Shown: piece by piece, positions 24,447 through 36,732 of the stretch
How positions within the stretch are numbered: the first letter of the stretch is position 1
Layout: the number at the start of each line of letters is the position of its first letter
Assembly (NCBI RefSeq): GCF_003918875.1
Contig: NW_025764968.1
Location: 124,001 to 188,000 of the forward strand
Source of the DNA: Haliotis rubra
Taxonomy: Eukaryota
Length of the DNA stretch: 64,000 nucleotides
Reading direction: 5' to 3'
The notes under the pieces: generated by a model
Databases searched by the model: none
Told to the model about the DNA's origin: nothing
The model's input: only the letters and a program-made list of their open reading frames with translations
Translations under genes and position numbers: made by a program

Positions 24447-25018
24447 CAGTCGAGCACCGTTGTGTCGAACTCTGATAACTCGATATCTCGGTTGTGTCGA
24501 CATAACGTCTTGGTCCCGACAAAATCCTTCATAAATTATCATTATTCAAACTCTTTTAACTCGATACGGATGTCTCAATATTTCGGATATCTCGATATAA
24601 TTTCATGGTCCCAACAAGCAAAATTACCATTTTAACTAAATATTTGCAAAGAAACTCAATATTCACCTACCTTTCATGGGCAAGTATCCCTCAGAACTGA
24701 GGTTGTTTCCACACGTTTACACACGGTGCGGCGTGAATCAAAGGAATGCGGTAGTGTAAACAATTAGGGCTAATTGAGTTGAAGGTGTCACTTGTAATTT
24801 AATTAGGATTAAGTAAGGAGGAATTAATTAGGAAGTACTCACTGTATGACTAAACACTACTGATAACGGATTATAGTTTCGAATCAAAACATACTGAGAA
24901 GCGTTTGTTTTCTTTCATAGTGATATGTGATGACATGCCCTGGTCGGATGTCTCGAAGTTCGGATAACTCGATATTTTTTCTTGGTCCCATGAATATCGA
25001 GACAAAGGTGCTCGACTG
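24447..25018. mobile_element. Tc1/mariner-pogo-type MITE
   Basis: TIRs CAGTCGAGCACC(G/T)TTGT(G/C)TCGA; TA TSD; subterminal GATAACTCGATAT repeats. Confidence 0.88.
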
Positions 25019-25294
25019 TACTGTGTCTAAGTGGGGATTTTCAGTGAGCTAGGACTATTATATCTCCATCAGTTGGGACTGGTACAAGCAGCCACACCTC
25101 AATTCATGTTGTAGCATGTTGTAACTATGCTAATCTTGAACATAAAACCACACTGACCTCAACTCACCTTTCTGCCGTGAATCACTCTGTAGCTCATTGA
25201 CACAAAGGCTTTAAGACTGATCAACAAGAGTATAATGTGTATGCTTTGTCGTGTAACTGTTCTAGGGAGGTGTTAATTCTATGTTTTCTCCTAG

Positions 25295-25446
25295 GAACAA
25301 GATATCTAGTCTTCCCAAGTCCACCATTAACCTGCCACAGCTCCGACGTCTTGACCTGTCCAGGAACTTCATCACACACCTACATGGCAACTTCCTGTCT
25401 GCCTGTAACAAGCTGGAAACACTCGAGATGGTCAGCAATGGTCTAG
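25295..25446 (+). CDS. LRRK2: LRRK2 exon W8, LRR (NKISSLPK...LRRLDLSRNFI...MVSNGL)
   Basis: ctcctag| and |gtgagc; phase 2-1. Confidence 0.93.
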
Positions 25447-25698
25447 GTGAGCATTGTCCTGCAGGTGTCCTGAATGGTCAGTAACTGTCTAGGTATTTAT
25501 AGTTCTGTTGTCCTGTTCTGAGTGCAGGTCCAGAAGAACAAATAATAACACTCTCACCTGAGTGTCCTCAACAAGAAACAAGAAGAAACATAGATATGTT
25601 CAAGAATATTTTATGTTGTAAGCCTCATTTCTCAGAACACAAACTCCCAGTCCACTCTCTTTTCTGTCAGATCTGTCAGATGATGTCTGTATTTCCAG

Positions 25699-25822
25699 AA
25701 CAACTCCCTGGCGAGGACATGGCCAAACATTTTCCCCGACTCAGCACTTTGAAGTTAAAGGGGAACCTGCTGAAGGAGAAAGAACCATTCTACATTCCAA
25801 AGTTCATCTTGGAACTTCAGAG
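25699..25822 (+). CDS. LRRK2: LRRK2 exon W9, LRR (EQLPGEDM...LSTLKLKGNLL...IPKFILELQ)
   Basis: tttccag| and |gtcggt; phase 1-2. Confidence 0.9.
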
Positions 25823-26004
25823 GTCGGTACACAGCAGGATGTTTGCATCTGGAGATTCATGTATAATGTACCATTGTTCCTATTTTTAGATTGTATCATT
25901 GCAAAATTTGATAAGTAAAAGGTCTTAGAGGCTCATAACTGAATGTTTCTACCATGATAATTTTTGCTGTTGTATATTATTTGACTCTCTTCTGAAGTAG
26001 GGAC

Positions 26005-26450
26005 ATTGGGTTGCCCACTGGTTAAAGCATTTGCTCATCACACCGAAGGCCCTGGTTCAATTCCCTACATGGGTAGAATGTGTGAAGCCCATTTCTGGTG
26101 TCCCCCGCCGTGATATTGCTGGAATATTGCTAACAGCAGCATAAAACACAACTCGCTTACTCTTCTTCAGTATATGCCATGTTGTGTGTTGTCCATACTG
26201 AGATATTGTCTCCAGTCACTATTGGGGCAGTGAGGTAGCCTCGTGGTTAAAGTGTTCTCTCATTGTGTTGTAGACCTGGGTTTGATTCCCCACATGGGTA
26301 CAGTGTGTGAAGCCCATTTCTTTTGTCCCTCACTGTGATATTGCTGGAATATTGCTAAAAGCTGTGTAAAACTAACCTCACTCTGTCTTTTGTCCCTCAC
26401 CGTGATATTGCTGGAATATTGCTAAAACTAAACTCCCTCACTCACTCCAG
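26005..26450 (+). mobile_element. Two tandem tRNA-derived SINE family A copies
   Basis: GGTTAAAG..GGTTCAATTCCC / GGTTTGATTCCCC heads and shared body. Confidence 0.85.
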
Positions 26451-26580
26451 TCACTATTTCAGAGTATGTAACATAAGCAATGTGTTGGTATTGTGCTGGT
26501 TACTAGGCACTGTGGAAGCTTGTTATGCACAGGTAGACACAGTCAGTGGGTAGCGCTAGTAACACATCTTTCTGTTGCAG

Positions 26581-26692
26581 CCTCAGGTTTGTGGATTTGT
26601 CCAAGAACGGGCTGATGGGATTCCCTCCTCCAGTGTTATGGAAGTCCCAGATCCTGAAGGAAATCTTAGTGTCTGAAAACAACATCTCAAGA
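26581..26692 (+). CDS. LRRK2: LRRK2 exon W10, LRR (LRFVDLSKNGL...WKSQILKEILVSENNISR)
   Basis: gttgcag| and |gtaagt; phase 2-0; resembles human WKSLNLRELLFSHNQI. Confidence 0.94.
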
Positions 26693-27004
26693 GTAAGTTC
26701 AGAATGGCCTACTCATTAGTACTGACTCAACTCGTTTTGCTTTTATTTCATTTCATTTATTTCATTTTGACAGTCATCTGAGGCGATGCAACTCACTGAC
26801 AGTTGTGTCCCCAGAATCCTGTGGGTTTGTATTGTTTAGACTGTGAGAATCATGGCTTTGTCCACAAAGCTATCTTTGACGTATCACCTTCATAAGTCAG
26901 TGCTGAAGTAAAACCTTCACTACTTCACCAAAACAAAACTGTCTGAAGCACTTCAAAAGCACTGCCAACAATGAACAGAGCCAAAAGATATCTCATCCCA
27001 ACCA

Positions 27005-27253
27005 GTTCCGTGGATGTCCGGGTTAGAATAAGCCTTCAGTAACCCATGTTTGTCGTAAGCGGCGACTAACAGGATCTGGTGGTCAGGCTCGCTGGCTTGG
27101 TTGACACATGTCATCGGTTCCCAATTGCTCTGATCGATGCTCATGATGTTGATCACTGGATTGTTTGGTCCAAACTCGATTATTTACAGACCACCGCCAT
27201 ATTGCTGGATTATTGCTGAGTGTGGCGTTAAACTAAACTCACTCACTCACTCA
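27005..27253 (+). mobile_element. SINE-like repeat family B
   Basis: GTCGTAAGCGGCGACTAA core and (TCAC)n tail. Confidence 0.85.
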
Positions 27254-27557
27254 CCCCATCCAGCTACAATGAACTGACTAAGCCACCACTAATTCGTTGC
27301 TTCAGCTATGTGTATTTGGTTCCACCTCATGTACACTTGGCTTCCTCCAGTCACTGTTACTGCAATACTGACCAATATCCATAGTTGTTCTTGTTAATCC
27401 CTTTCATACATGCTTAAACTTTATGGGGTGGTGGGGCAGCCTGATCAAGCCGGCATGATCTGATATAACTGAAATACACTTCAAAGTCATTTTATATCCA
27501 ATTCACAAACACCTTAAAAGTGATATTGATAATGGAACTGTTATGCCACTGTTCCAG

Positions 27558-27629
27558 CTTAATTTGGATGGTGCTAAAGCTTGGGCTAAAGTTGAGAAGT
27601 TCCATATTGCAAGGAACAAGCTGTCAGAG
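27558..27629 (+). CDS. LRRK2: LRRK2 exon W11, LRR (LNLDGAKAWAKVEKFHIARNKLSE)
   Basis: gttccag| and |gtaagg; 72 nt; phase 0-0. Confidence 0.93.
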
Positions 27630-28158
27630 GTAAGGATTTGTCCCAGGAAACTATAGTTTTAAGATCACTGCATCAGAATTCATCTTGTTATATTACCGGG
27701 TACGTTTTAACTAGATCACCAGTAGGGGAACGTGTGCACTGCACAGCTGATTGCTATATCCGGCTCTGTATATGAGACGGTTACACACGGTATCTTAATC
27801 CCTGCATATATGACAATGCTTAGCAAAAACAAATTAAAACTGAATAGGTAGATAATCTTGTCTAGTGATGTTTAATTGCAAAATTGACGTCTTTACTGTC
27901 AAAGTCGTCTTCCCTTATTTGGTCCTCAAAATTCGGCTTATCTATGGTAATATATGGTAGATATGTTTTAGACTGTAAGCTGTAAGTGTTGTAATTCTGA
28001 AGCACATGTAGCACAAGAGGTGTCTCCTGGGGCATGTGATTTTGTTTGAAATGTGCCCCTGTCCGCTCAGCAGTTTATGGGTACCTAGTAGGGTGAGATG
28101 GTAGTGTGACTGGTAACCTTCAACTGTGTATCACTTTGAGCAATTTGGGTGTCGGTTT

Positions 28159-28199
<41 letters not shown>

Positions 28200-28248
28200 C
28201 ACAATATGAAGCATGAATCAAGATTATTGTTGAGTGGATTTCTTGTAG

Positions 28249-28359
28249 ATTCCAAAGGATATTGGTCATCTGGTATCGCTACAATCACTGGACTTGAACC
28301 ATAACAAGTCCTTGACTTCTCTACCAGATGAACTTGGCAGGTGCTCTCGCATGTGGGAG
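28249..28359 (+). CDS. LRRK2: LRRK2 exon W12, LRR (IPKDIGHL...LPDELGRCSRMWE), includes the S1292-equivalent Ser
   Basis: cttgtag| and |gtaagg; phase 0-0. Confidence 0.95.
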
Positions 28360-28498
28360 GTAAGGTTGTTTTCAATGACATCCTTTTCTGGGCAGGTGTT
28401 GATCAGATTTTGTTTAAAAAGTTTGTTACTGATTCTGTTGAAAGATAAAAACAAGATGTAAACATGTGGCCTCCTGATATGTCTTCACATGTATTCAG

Positions 28499-28597
28499 AT
28501 GCCTCTTGATGGCTTGAACTTGAGTGACCTTGATGACAGTCTCGTTAAAGGAAGAGTGAAGGATCTGATAATCTATCTCCACAATCGACTGAAAAAG
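28499..28597 (+). CDS. LRRK2: LRRK2 exon W13 (MPLDGLNL...KDLIIYLHNRLKK)
   Basis: tattcag| and |gtaaga; phase 0-0. Confidence 0.95.
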
Positions 28598-29030
28598 GTA
28601 AGAGGTTCTCAGCTGAGGTGGACGAATGGTCTAACTTTTCTAACAAGTAGGGACCTCTCATATTCAGAACTAGTTTAAGTGTAATTTTAAGAGCCCTTCA
28701 AGTAGACAGACAGTCATATCTGAAGTCTTGTTTCGACATAAATTGTTAGGAGATGGACGAGTAATGGTGATAGTTATCTCAAGATTTTTTTCCAATGACG
28801 TGATTTCCAAACTAAAACGTGAAAGTTAATCCCAGATCAATAAGTACAAAACTAAATTGGGAAATCTAAGTGTGGTTTTATGTGTTCTATACCAGCAATG
28901 AATAATGAATAATTAGTTGTTTACTAATAGTACATTGTGACCGGAAGCCTTGTGACATTATTGACCAATCGCAATGTCATTGACCAAAAGCACCATGGTC
29001 CTTCTTGTGCCGTTACTTGATTAAACAAAC

Positions 29031-29268
29031 ACCCGTGAAGGTCCGGGTTAGAATGTGCCTTCAATAACCCATGCTTGTCGTGAAGAGGCAACTAACGGGA
29101 TCGGGTGGTCAGGCTCAGGGACTTGGTGAATGTCAAAATCCCACCAGTGCAAATCGATGCTCATGCTGTTGATCACTGGATTGTCCAGACAGACAAGATT
29201 ATTTACAGATTTACTCATATAGCTGGAATATCTAAGTGTGGTGTAAAACTAAACACACTCACTCACTG
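29031..29268 (+). mobile_element. SINE-like repeat family B
   Basis: ACCCGTGAAGGTCCGGGTTAGAAT head and (TCAC)n tail. Confidence 0.85.
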
Positions 29269-29450
29269 ATTAAACAAGTTGTGTTCAACCCCATGCTCGT
29301 GCTCATGTCGGACGGACCTTATTTCATACACGGCTCATGCCATTAATTCATAAATACATCAACAATGACAATTACGCGACACAATGTACCAACAATATTA
29401 GACACAACTACACCAAGGTGAGATGACAAACTCACGATGTTTGCTGACAG

Positions 29451-29593
29451 GCCCAGCGTTACTTCCGCATGAAGCTGATGGTGGTTGGATACGGGAACCG
29501 TGGCAAGACCACCCTTCTGAACACACTCCGCAGGAAGACAAAACATAGAAGTGAGACGAGACCCACAGTCGGAGTTGTGGTGGATGATTGGAA
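29451..29593 (+). CDS. LRRK2: LRRK2 exon W14, ROC P-loop (AQRYFRMKLMVVGYGNRGKTTLL...PTVGVVVDDW)
   Basis: ctgacag| and |gtgagt; GxxxxGKT; phase 0-2. Confidence 0.96.
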
Positions 29594-30233
29594 GTGAGTG
29601 GACATTTGCCATTCATGTGAACAGGGAATTTGTTTTCACCCACATTTGAATGAATTTATTCTATGATCTAAATCATCAATCCGATATAAGGGTATCAATT
29701 AATTATTTTAAATCCATCTGAAAGCAGTGCTTTTATTATAAGTACATAGAGGTCACTTTGACAACCTGAAAGTTGATCTATCTGTCCATCCACTGAACTC
29801 AAAAACCCTAAATATTGTACTTCCAATAACATGTTCAGCTTCCCGTATCTAAAACAAACTTCACATGGGCACAATGTGTTTAGAAGTACCCAGATTCTGG
29901 TGTCAAGCCCCATGATTGCTGGGAATGTAAACATTGCGAACTTTACCATGTCGCTGCTGGAATATTGCTATCCGTTGGAAAAGCGTAATGAAACTAAACT
30001 CGTAAAGCAACTGCAAGTCAGTCAGTCAGTAAAACAAACTAACAGTAATTTATGAAAATTATCCATTTAGAAGATGATAGATGACAAGGCTGACACAATA
30101 TTATGGATGAGAACCTACAATGTATATTGTAATGGTGACAATTTGGTATAGATCTGTTGTACCACTGTCAAGATATAATGAACATGGTATAAAACTATAT
30201 GTGGCACGTGAAGGATGTATGTACAGTATTGTA

Positions 30234-30394
30234 TACTCATGGAAACCAATAAGGGAACACATGAAAGAACAAGTGTTCCTTTGTTCTTTTCCAGGTTTCT
30301 TCGCAAGGTATGTATTGCACTGTGAGTGAAATTCTGGAAATATATAAAGGAACACTTGTACTTTCATGTGTTCCCTTATTTGTTTCTATGAGTA
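30234..30394. mobile_element. Palindromic MITE with TA TSD (inverted copy at 41750-41912)
   Basis: Long TIRs TACTCATGGAAAC..AATAAGGGAACACATGAAAG. Confidence 0.85.
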
Positions 30395-30404
30395 TATATT
30401 ACCA

Positions 30405-30735
30405 GGTCGTCCCCCCGGGCAGCGGAAGGTCGCGGGTTCGATCCCCGACTGCGTCATACCAAAAGACGTTAAAATATGGTACTTGTTGGTCCCTGCCTGG
30501 TGTTCGGCATTAATGGGTTTTCAACAAGGACTGATCGGCTCAGAGTTAGTATAATGTGTCTGAGTGTGGTATTCATACTTCACTGCGGCGGGGTATCTCA
30601 GTGAGCTAGCACTATAAAACCAGCTTAAGTCTGGGCTAGTACAAGCAGCCGCACATACACATACACACGCATGCACGTGGTCATATGAGCGAAATATTCT
30701 CAAGAACGACGTTAAACCCAATTTCACCTCACCTC
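30405..30735 (+). mobile_element. tRNA-derived SINE family C (Meta-domain-like)
   Basis: B box GGTTCGATCCCC, then GTCATACCAAAAGACGTTAAAATATGGTAC; (TCACC)n tail; highly similar copy at 55570. Confidence 0.85.
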
Positions 30736-30791
30736 ATATATTACCAGGTAAACATGTATGTATCGTGTGATGTGACTGTTGTGTTTGCCAG

Positions 30792-30912
30792 GTACGAGAG
30801 ACAGAACTTCCGCCACAACATGAAGTACACCCTGTCTACGTGGGACTTTGCCGGGCAGGAGGAGTTCTACAGCACACACCAGTGCTTCCTGTCCAATAGG
30901 GCGCTCTATCTG
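30792..30912 (+). CDS. LRRK2: LRRK2 exon W15, ROC switch II (YERQNFR...WDFAGQEEFYSTHQCFLSNRALYL)
   Basis: ttgccag| and |gtcagt; phase 2-0. Confidence 0.97.
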
Positions 30913-31301
30913 GTCAGTTCTGCTAGTCATCGTATTGTGTATCAATACAGAGCTCTCAGTTAGGTGCAAAGGTGGCCCAGTTGTGTAAGGTTCTGGTATT
31001 AGCAGCTCATTGTTATGAGTTTGAGTCCAACATTTACCCTCGTGACGTGTGTTCTTGAGTTTGGCAAAGGGAGCCTTGTCATGACCTGCTTCACTTCGGC
31101 CCTTCCATTGACGTTAATCTGACGTGCAGTGATGTAACTAAAAACTGTACTGGACAGGGTGTTTCTACAATGATGGTCATGACGGTACATGCATAAAACA
31201 TATGTTCACATCTCTTCATAATGAAAGCTGGGGCATGATCAGACAAACACTCAGTCTCGGAGTATATATAACTGAGAGTTGTTTCTTACACTAAATATTC
31301 A

Positions 31302-31631
31302 GGCCAGACCAATTTTATTTCTTGTTTTACAGATCTGCCTGTCATATTTTTTCAAGAATAAGAAAAAAAAATTAATTAATTTTCCCCGCTCAAAAAATAA
31401 AATCTTAATATTTTTTTGGTCCAAATGTAAACTTACATGAAAATGGTATTTAGATTGTTTTTTGCCCAGTATACACTTCATGAATTTCCAAAAGTAAAAT
31501 ACTTTTAGTATTTAAAAGGAATATTACTTTTACTGGTGATTTTTTTTTTTTTTTTTTTAAATTATTCCCTCCTGCCTTTAGGTTTTCTGAGGACAAAGAT
31601 CTGTAAAACAATAACTAAAATTGACCTGGCC
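31302..31631. mobile_element. PIF/Harbinger-like MITE
   Basis: TIR GGCCAGACCAATTTTATTT; TSD TCA; copies at 34353 and 45788. Confidence 0.8.
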
Positions 31632-31879
31632 TCATGGAGTAATCTCAGACGCCTAAATGGCGCACAAGTGATTCTGAACAAATGTGTTCTAGATAGAATG
31701 GACGTTTGAATTGGAACTTATTTAATCATTCAGTTTAAAGTTTCAGTTGAAAGGCTAGTGCCTTCTTTAGTGACTTCCAGAAACAGCACCTGTTTTGTAA
31801 GTTTGCATTTGAAGGAAGGAATTGAAATCCATGTGACAGTTTTAAAATGCAACGTACAGATATTCTGAGTGTTTTCCAG

Positions 31880-32009
31880 GTTGTGTATGATGTCAGCAAG
31901 GGGCTGGAGGAGATTGACCGACTGAAACCCTGGCTGTCCAACATCCACTTCCGGGCACCAGGATGTCCAGTCATCGTTGTGGGGACTCATTTCGACAAGC
32001 TAAATCCAG
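31880..32009 (+). CDS. LRRK2: LRRK2 exon W16, ROC (VVYDVSKG...KPWLSNIHFRAPGCPVIVVGTHFD)
   Basis: tttccag| and |gtgagg; N1437 and R1441 equivalents conserved; phase 0-1. Confidence 0.97.
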
Positions 32010-32662
32010 GTGAGGATCTACCAAGAGTCTGATATTGGGCACAGCTCTGCAGCAAATGTCAGAAATATTTCTAACTTTGATTTACAGATTTCTCAGTTCA
32101 TGTGATATCTTTTAATTGACATTGCAATAAGCTGTCAGAGACAATATTGTATTGTCTGCTTTGATGCTTTTTTATTTTTAAGCACAGTTAATTTTTTTGT
32201 GCAAAATATTGATGTTTGTATTTTTGCCAATTGCGTGATAAGGGTGCTTAGTTTGGAATTCTATATAAATCATGAAGACATTCAAAAATACATGTTCAGC
32301 ACAAAGTACAGCTGGTCATGAACTCTGAGGAAAAGTATCATAATCTATGTAATGCTTGTGATGCTTGTCTTTGATTTGTGGCAATGCCTGAATATGTATG
32401 CTTTACAATCATTGACAGGCATCAGCTCTTCAGTTCTGTTGTGGAATGTGATCTTCAACAATGTCATCATTTCTAACATTGGTTTTGGCATTCAAAACAG
32501 TGGAACAAGGCATAAATTAGACAGTTAAGAACAAATAAAATATTCTCTGAGAGATGATTTCCTTCACCTCTACACTACATGGGTTGATGTGATTTGACAG
32601 TTGTCATGTCAGTTGGGTTTGCGGAGAGACAGCCGTGATAACTGTTCATGCGTTGTTTCCAG

Positions 32663-32725
32663 AACATGCAGCTGACCAGATTGACGGGATGGAAGCAAAA
32701 CTGTACGAGCTGTCCAAGAAACCAG
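32663..32725 (+). CDS. LRRK2: LRRK2 exon W17, ROC (EHAADQIDGMEAKLYELSKKP)
   Basis: tttccag| and |gtcagt; phase 1-1. Confidence 0.9.
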
Positions 32726-33427
32726 GTCAGTCATTTAGTGGAGTCATTCTGTGGAGAAGCCTAGTGGCTAAAGCATTCGGTATTCAAGCCAAAGACTCAG
32801 GCCATTTGTGTTTGAGTTTTTATATGTACGGTCATCCCTCACAGTAACACTCTTGGCGGTATCATGGTTTGGGTTAAGCTGCAGGGTAATCTGTGGTTCC
32901 CATACAAACAACAAAATATCCCTGATCACACATCTTTACATCATCGGAAATAGCATATCAACAAATCGGCTGTTGTGCTCAGGTTTATGACGTTGTAAAC
33001 TTGATCAGTGAAATTCAGTGCGGATTGATATAAACAGTGCTCATCGTACATATCCTTGTGTTGTGTTTTTTCAGATGCTTAAAAACATTCAGGGTTCTCT
33101 TGAATAATTACACGAACAGCTGCACATCGTAATAACTTATAATAGACATGCTATCAGCCGAGAACTTACAGTGTTTGCTGTGATACAACACACCGCGTTA
33201 TAATGCGGGTAAACACCGCCATCCGAAAACCTATGATGTCAGAAACACATAATAAAACGATCTTCCTCCATTTTATTTTATTTGATTAAACTTAGTCCCA
33301 TTGTTTATTCATTAAAAGAGTTGATAGTAACATCGGAGAAAAAGTGCATTGGAGAAATGGCATTACCTCATTATATACTCGTACAACTTACCATATTCAT
33401 GAGGGTCTGCTTTTCGCGCCCACCACG

Positions 33428-33928
33428 ATTATTATAATCTATTTATATAGTGCCGAGTTCCAGCTAGGCTGCTCACAGGCGCTTTAGTTTTTCCCACGAT
33501 CATAGGATGTCAGTCTTAACAGCACTTCGTATTATCAATCTCAACTCCCTTGGGAGCATACAACTCTTGCAGCCACTCGGCGCACCAAGTTAATGTGGCT
33601 TTCCCATCCTTACAAGGTACCCATTCATAGTTGGGTGGACTGGGACACATAGTCACAGTACTTTGTCCAAGTTTACTGCACGTTGCTGTACCCACAGGTG
33701 TTTGCACGTATTTATGTGGCCTCCATCTGTTTATATACCAACAGATTCGTGGGTATTTTTAAGTACACAGGGTTGTGTACTGTACACTAGGGGTTGTGAC
33801 AACACTGAAAGAGTCTACACACAAAGTTGACTCTAAGGATTTTACACCCGGTCACAGGTGGGCTCGATCCAGGTACCACAAGCTCGCTGGATCACTAGCC
33901 TGGCGCCTTAGCCAACTCGCCCACCATG
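33428..33928 (-). mobile_element. tRNA-derived SINE with CORE-like body
   Basis: Minus strand GGCGAGTTGGCTAAGGCG..GGATCGAGCCC head, CACCCAACTATGAATGGGTACC body, AT-rich tail. Confidence 0.65.
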
Positions 33929-34149
33929 ATAGCACCAATTTGACATTATTCTCATTCTCATCATCCATTGACCCCCAAGACCTGTGTTATTGACCTATTG
34001 AAGTCATATTTGACAATTAATTGCTAACTTTTTGTTTTTACAATCAAAGTGGCATGTACCACAGGAAGTCAACGGTGACTTGTCAGATGTATAACATGAT
34101 ATATATGTAAATATATTCAGTTGTTCAGCTGTTGTGTGTATATCCCTAG

Positions 34150-34246
34150 GTTTCCCAGAGCTGAACTGTACTGCTGTCGTTGATGCTACCAAGGAGAACC
34201 CGGAGGTGGATAGGTTGCGGAGACGAGTCAAGGAGGTCATCGATAG
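34150..34246 (+). CDS. LRRK2: LRRK2 exon W18, ROC end (GFPELNCTAVVDATKE...VKEVID)
   Basis: tccctag| and |gtagga; phase 1-2. Confidence 0.93.
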
Positions 34247-34352
34247 GTAGGAGTCACCAGAGTTGCTGTCCTTCCTTTCGTTCCACCTGTCATGTCATAC
34301 CCCATTAGTGATCTCATCCATACAAAATCATGACAAAGATCATTGGCCTTAA

Positions 34353-34670
34353 GGCCAGACCAATTTTATTTCTTGTTTTATGGATTTTGTGCACAGAAAA
34401 CCTAAAGGCAGGAGGGGTTAAAAAAAATATCACCAGTCAAAGGAAAAACCCACATGAGTTTCCATGTTAACTCTTTTGGTTTGTTATATCAACTAAATAT
34501 ACGTTGAGTGAGGTTAGGTTTCAATGATTTCAAGAGTATTTCACGTATATCACATTAACATTAGGACTCTATGTTTTGAGTGGGGAAATCTAATTTTTTT
34601 ATGTTTTTTATTATTCTTGAAAAAATCCGAACGGTGGATCCATAAAACAAGAAATAAAATTGGTCTGGCC
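34353..34670. mobile_element. PIF/Harbinger-like MITE
   Basis: Perfect ~30-bp TIRs GGCCAGACCAATTTTATTTCTTGTTTTATGGAT; TSD TAA. Confidence 0.88.
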
Positions 34671-34824
34671 TAAGTTGATGTTCCAAATTTGTAATTTGAT
34701 ATTTGTATTTTGATAACAATATTGAATTTGCAAAATGGTAATTACCATTTTGGTGGAATTACATGGCGCTCTGAAACTTCTGATGCTACATATCCAATGG
34801 TTGTTTCTGTGTTGTCTGTTACAG

Positions 34825-34879
34825 TTACAAGATCCGAGGACAACTGGTGATGGGTCAGAAGGTTCCAGCAAGCTATGTG
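34825..34879 (+). CDS. LRRK2: LRRK2 exon W19 (YKIRGQLVMGQKVPASYV)
   Basis: gttacag| and |gtaggt; phase 2-0. Confidence 0.94.
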
Positions 34880-35127
34880 GTAGGTTGATAGAAAATTCCT
34901 TCTGAATCTGGAGAACAGTACATGCTGAACAGAAGCGTCTGCTAGACATCTCTGACATTTCAGGAAATGTGTCTGATCACATCAGTAGTTTTCATTTGGA
35001 TCCTTTTGCAGTGATATAGTGGTGATTTAATTTGTGGTTCCATGTGTGTTTTATGTGTTCCTTGACCTCAAAATGTGATCGGAAACTGATTCCATGTGTG
35101 ATTCCAGGAGTGTCTAGAAGCTTTTCT

Positions 35128-35372
35128 TTATTATCCCCGCCACGAAGTGGGAGGGGTATATAGGTTTGAGTTTCGTCCGTCCATCTGCCTGTCTGTCTGT
35201 CCATCCGTCCGAGATGATGGGGACAGATTTTCTCGAAAAACGTTATCGATAGGGAAACAAATTTGGTATTTGTTTTCAGGACACGAATGCCTTGATGGAG
35301 TTTGAAAACGGAAACCATGTTACAATTTGTTACAGAGTTATGGCCCTTGTCATGTGTTTCTTGACTTAGTGC
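35128..35372 (+). mobile_element. Helentron-associated (HINE-like) element fragment
   Basis: Homologous to 15508-15740. Confidence 0.6.
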
Positions 35373-35583
35373 ACGGTATGCCAAATAGGAACAGATTTTC
35401 TCATTTAACAGCTTATGTATCGCTAGCGTAGGAAGAATGAACAGTTGTCAAAACAGGAACAGAACACTGTGGCGGGGGATATTGATGATCATGTTTTCTT
35501 GTGTTCTTTGTGGTTTCCAAATGTGTCCTTATGTTCTGTGGGGGTTTCAAGACTGGTTCCATGTGTTCCATGTGTGATTACAG

Positions 35584-35712
35584 CGCCTAGCAGAGCTGCT
35601 GTCGGAGGAGGCCCGGAACCTGGAGAGCATACGTTACCCAGTTATCCGGCAAGGGAGGCTGTCGCAGATAGTCCAGGGGCTGGACCTGCAGGAGGAGGAG
35701 GAACTACAGCAG
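35584..35712 (+). CDS. LRRK2: LRRK2 exon W20, COR-A (RLAELLSEEARN...LQEEEELQQ)
   Basis: attacag| and |gtgaca; phase 0-0. Confidence 0.9.
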
Positions 35713-36180
35713 GTGACAGGGGGGATTACAGGGATGCTTCCAGGGAGTATATATATGTCCTGCCAAAGAAACATGGGGACAGTGGGGTAGCCTAGTGGTT
35801 ATCATGTTCGCTTGTCACACTGAAGACCCTGGTTCGATTCCAGAATTGGGCACTATGTGTGAATCACAATTTCCGGTATCCAATGTTGTGATGTTGCTGA
35901 AATATTGCTATGAGCGATGTTCAGCTGTACTTGATTACCTACCCAGCTAGGATGCCTGAATATTTATCTCAGCAGACTTTCTTTGGAAGTGGGTAGGTCA
36001 GGGACCAAGCATTTCATATTCCATCTATATACCATGTTTGTAACATCTTGCATGTACTTTTCTTATTATACTCACCTAATCCAGAAGATTGTTCATCCAG
36101 ACTGTTTCAGTGGTTACCATCCTGATAACAGGCTTTCAGACTATTTTAGAAAGTAGACTAATCTCCCCTTTCTGCTGCAG

Positions 36181-36342
36181 GCTGTGAGGTTCCTGCATGA
36201 GGGCGGGGTCCTGCTCCACTACAACGAGACAGCGCTGCAGCTGAGAGACTTCTACTTCATCAACCCTGGCTGGTTGTGTCGGATGATGGCACAAGTGGTC
36301 ACTGTCAGGATGATCAATCCATTCATTGACCCTTTGACTGGG
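36181..36342 (+). CDS. LRRK2: LRRK2 exon W21, COR-A (AVRFLHEGGVLLHY...PGWLCRMMAQVVTV...LTG)
   Basis: gctgcag| and |gtaatt; phase 0-0. Confidence 0.96.
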
Positions 36343-36489
36343 GTAATTGAATACTACATGAAATTATATCTTGTTGGTTTTGTTTTTTTATTTTGATGCA
36401 GGTAGATTGTCTTTGTGCATATTATAAACCATGACTGTGTTGGGTTTGAAAGTATTTGCCCCTTGAATTGTAATTGGTAAGTTGGTTGC

Positions 36490-36732
36490 TTGGTTGGTTT
36501 GTTGTTTAATGCCGCCCTGAGCAATATTCCAGCTATATGGTGGCAGTCTGTAAGTAATCAAGTCTGGACCAGACAATCCAGTGATCAACAGCATGAGCAT
36601 CGATCTACACAATTGGCATACAATGACATGTGTCAACCAAGTCAGCGAGTCTGACCACCCGATCCCATAAGTCGCCTCTTACGACTAGCATGGGTTGCTG
36701 AAGACCAGTTCTAAACCAGATCTTCACAGGTG
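36490..36732 (-). mobile_element. SINE-like repeat family B
   Basis: Reverse complement of the 47996 family. Confidence 0.85.
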
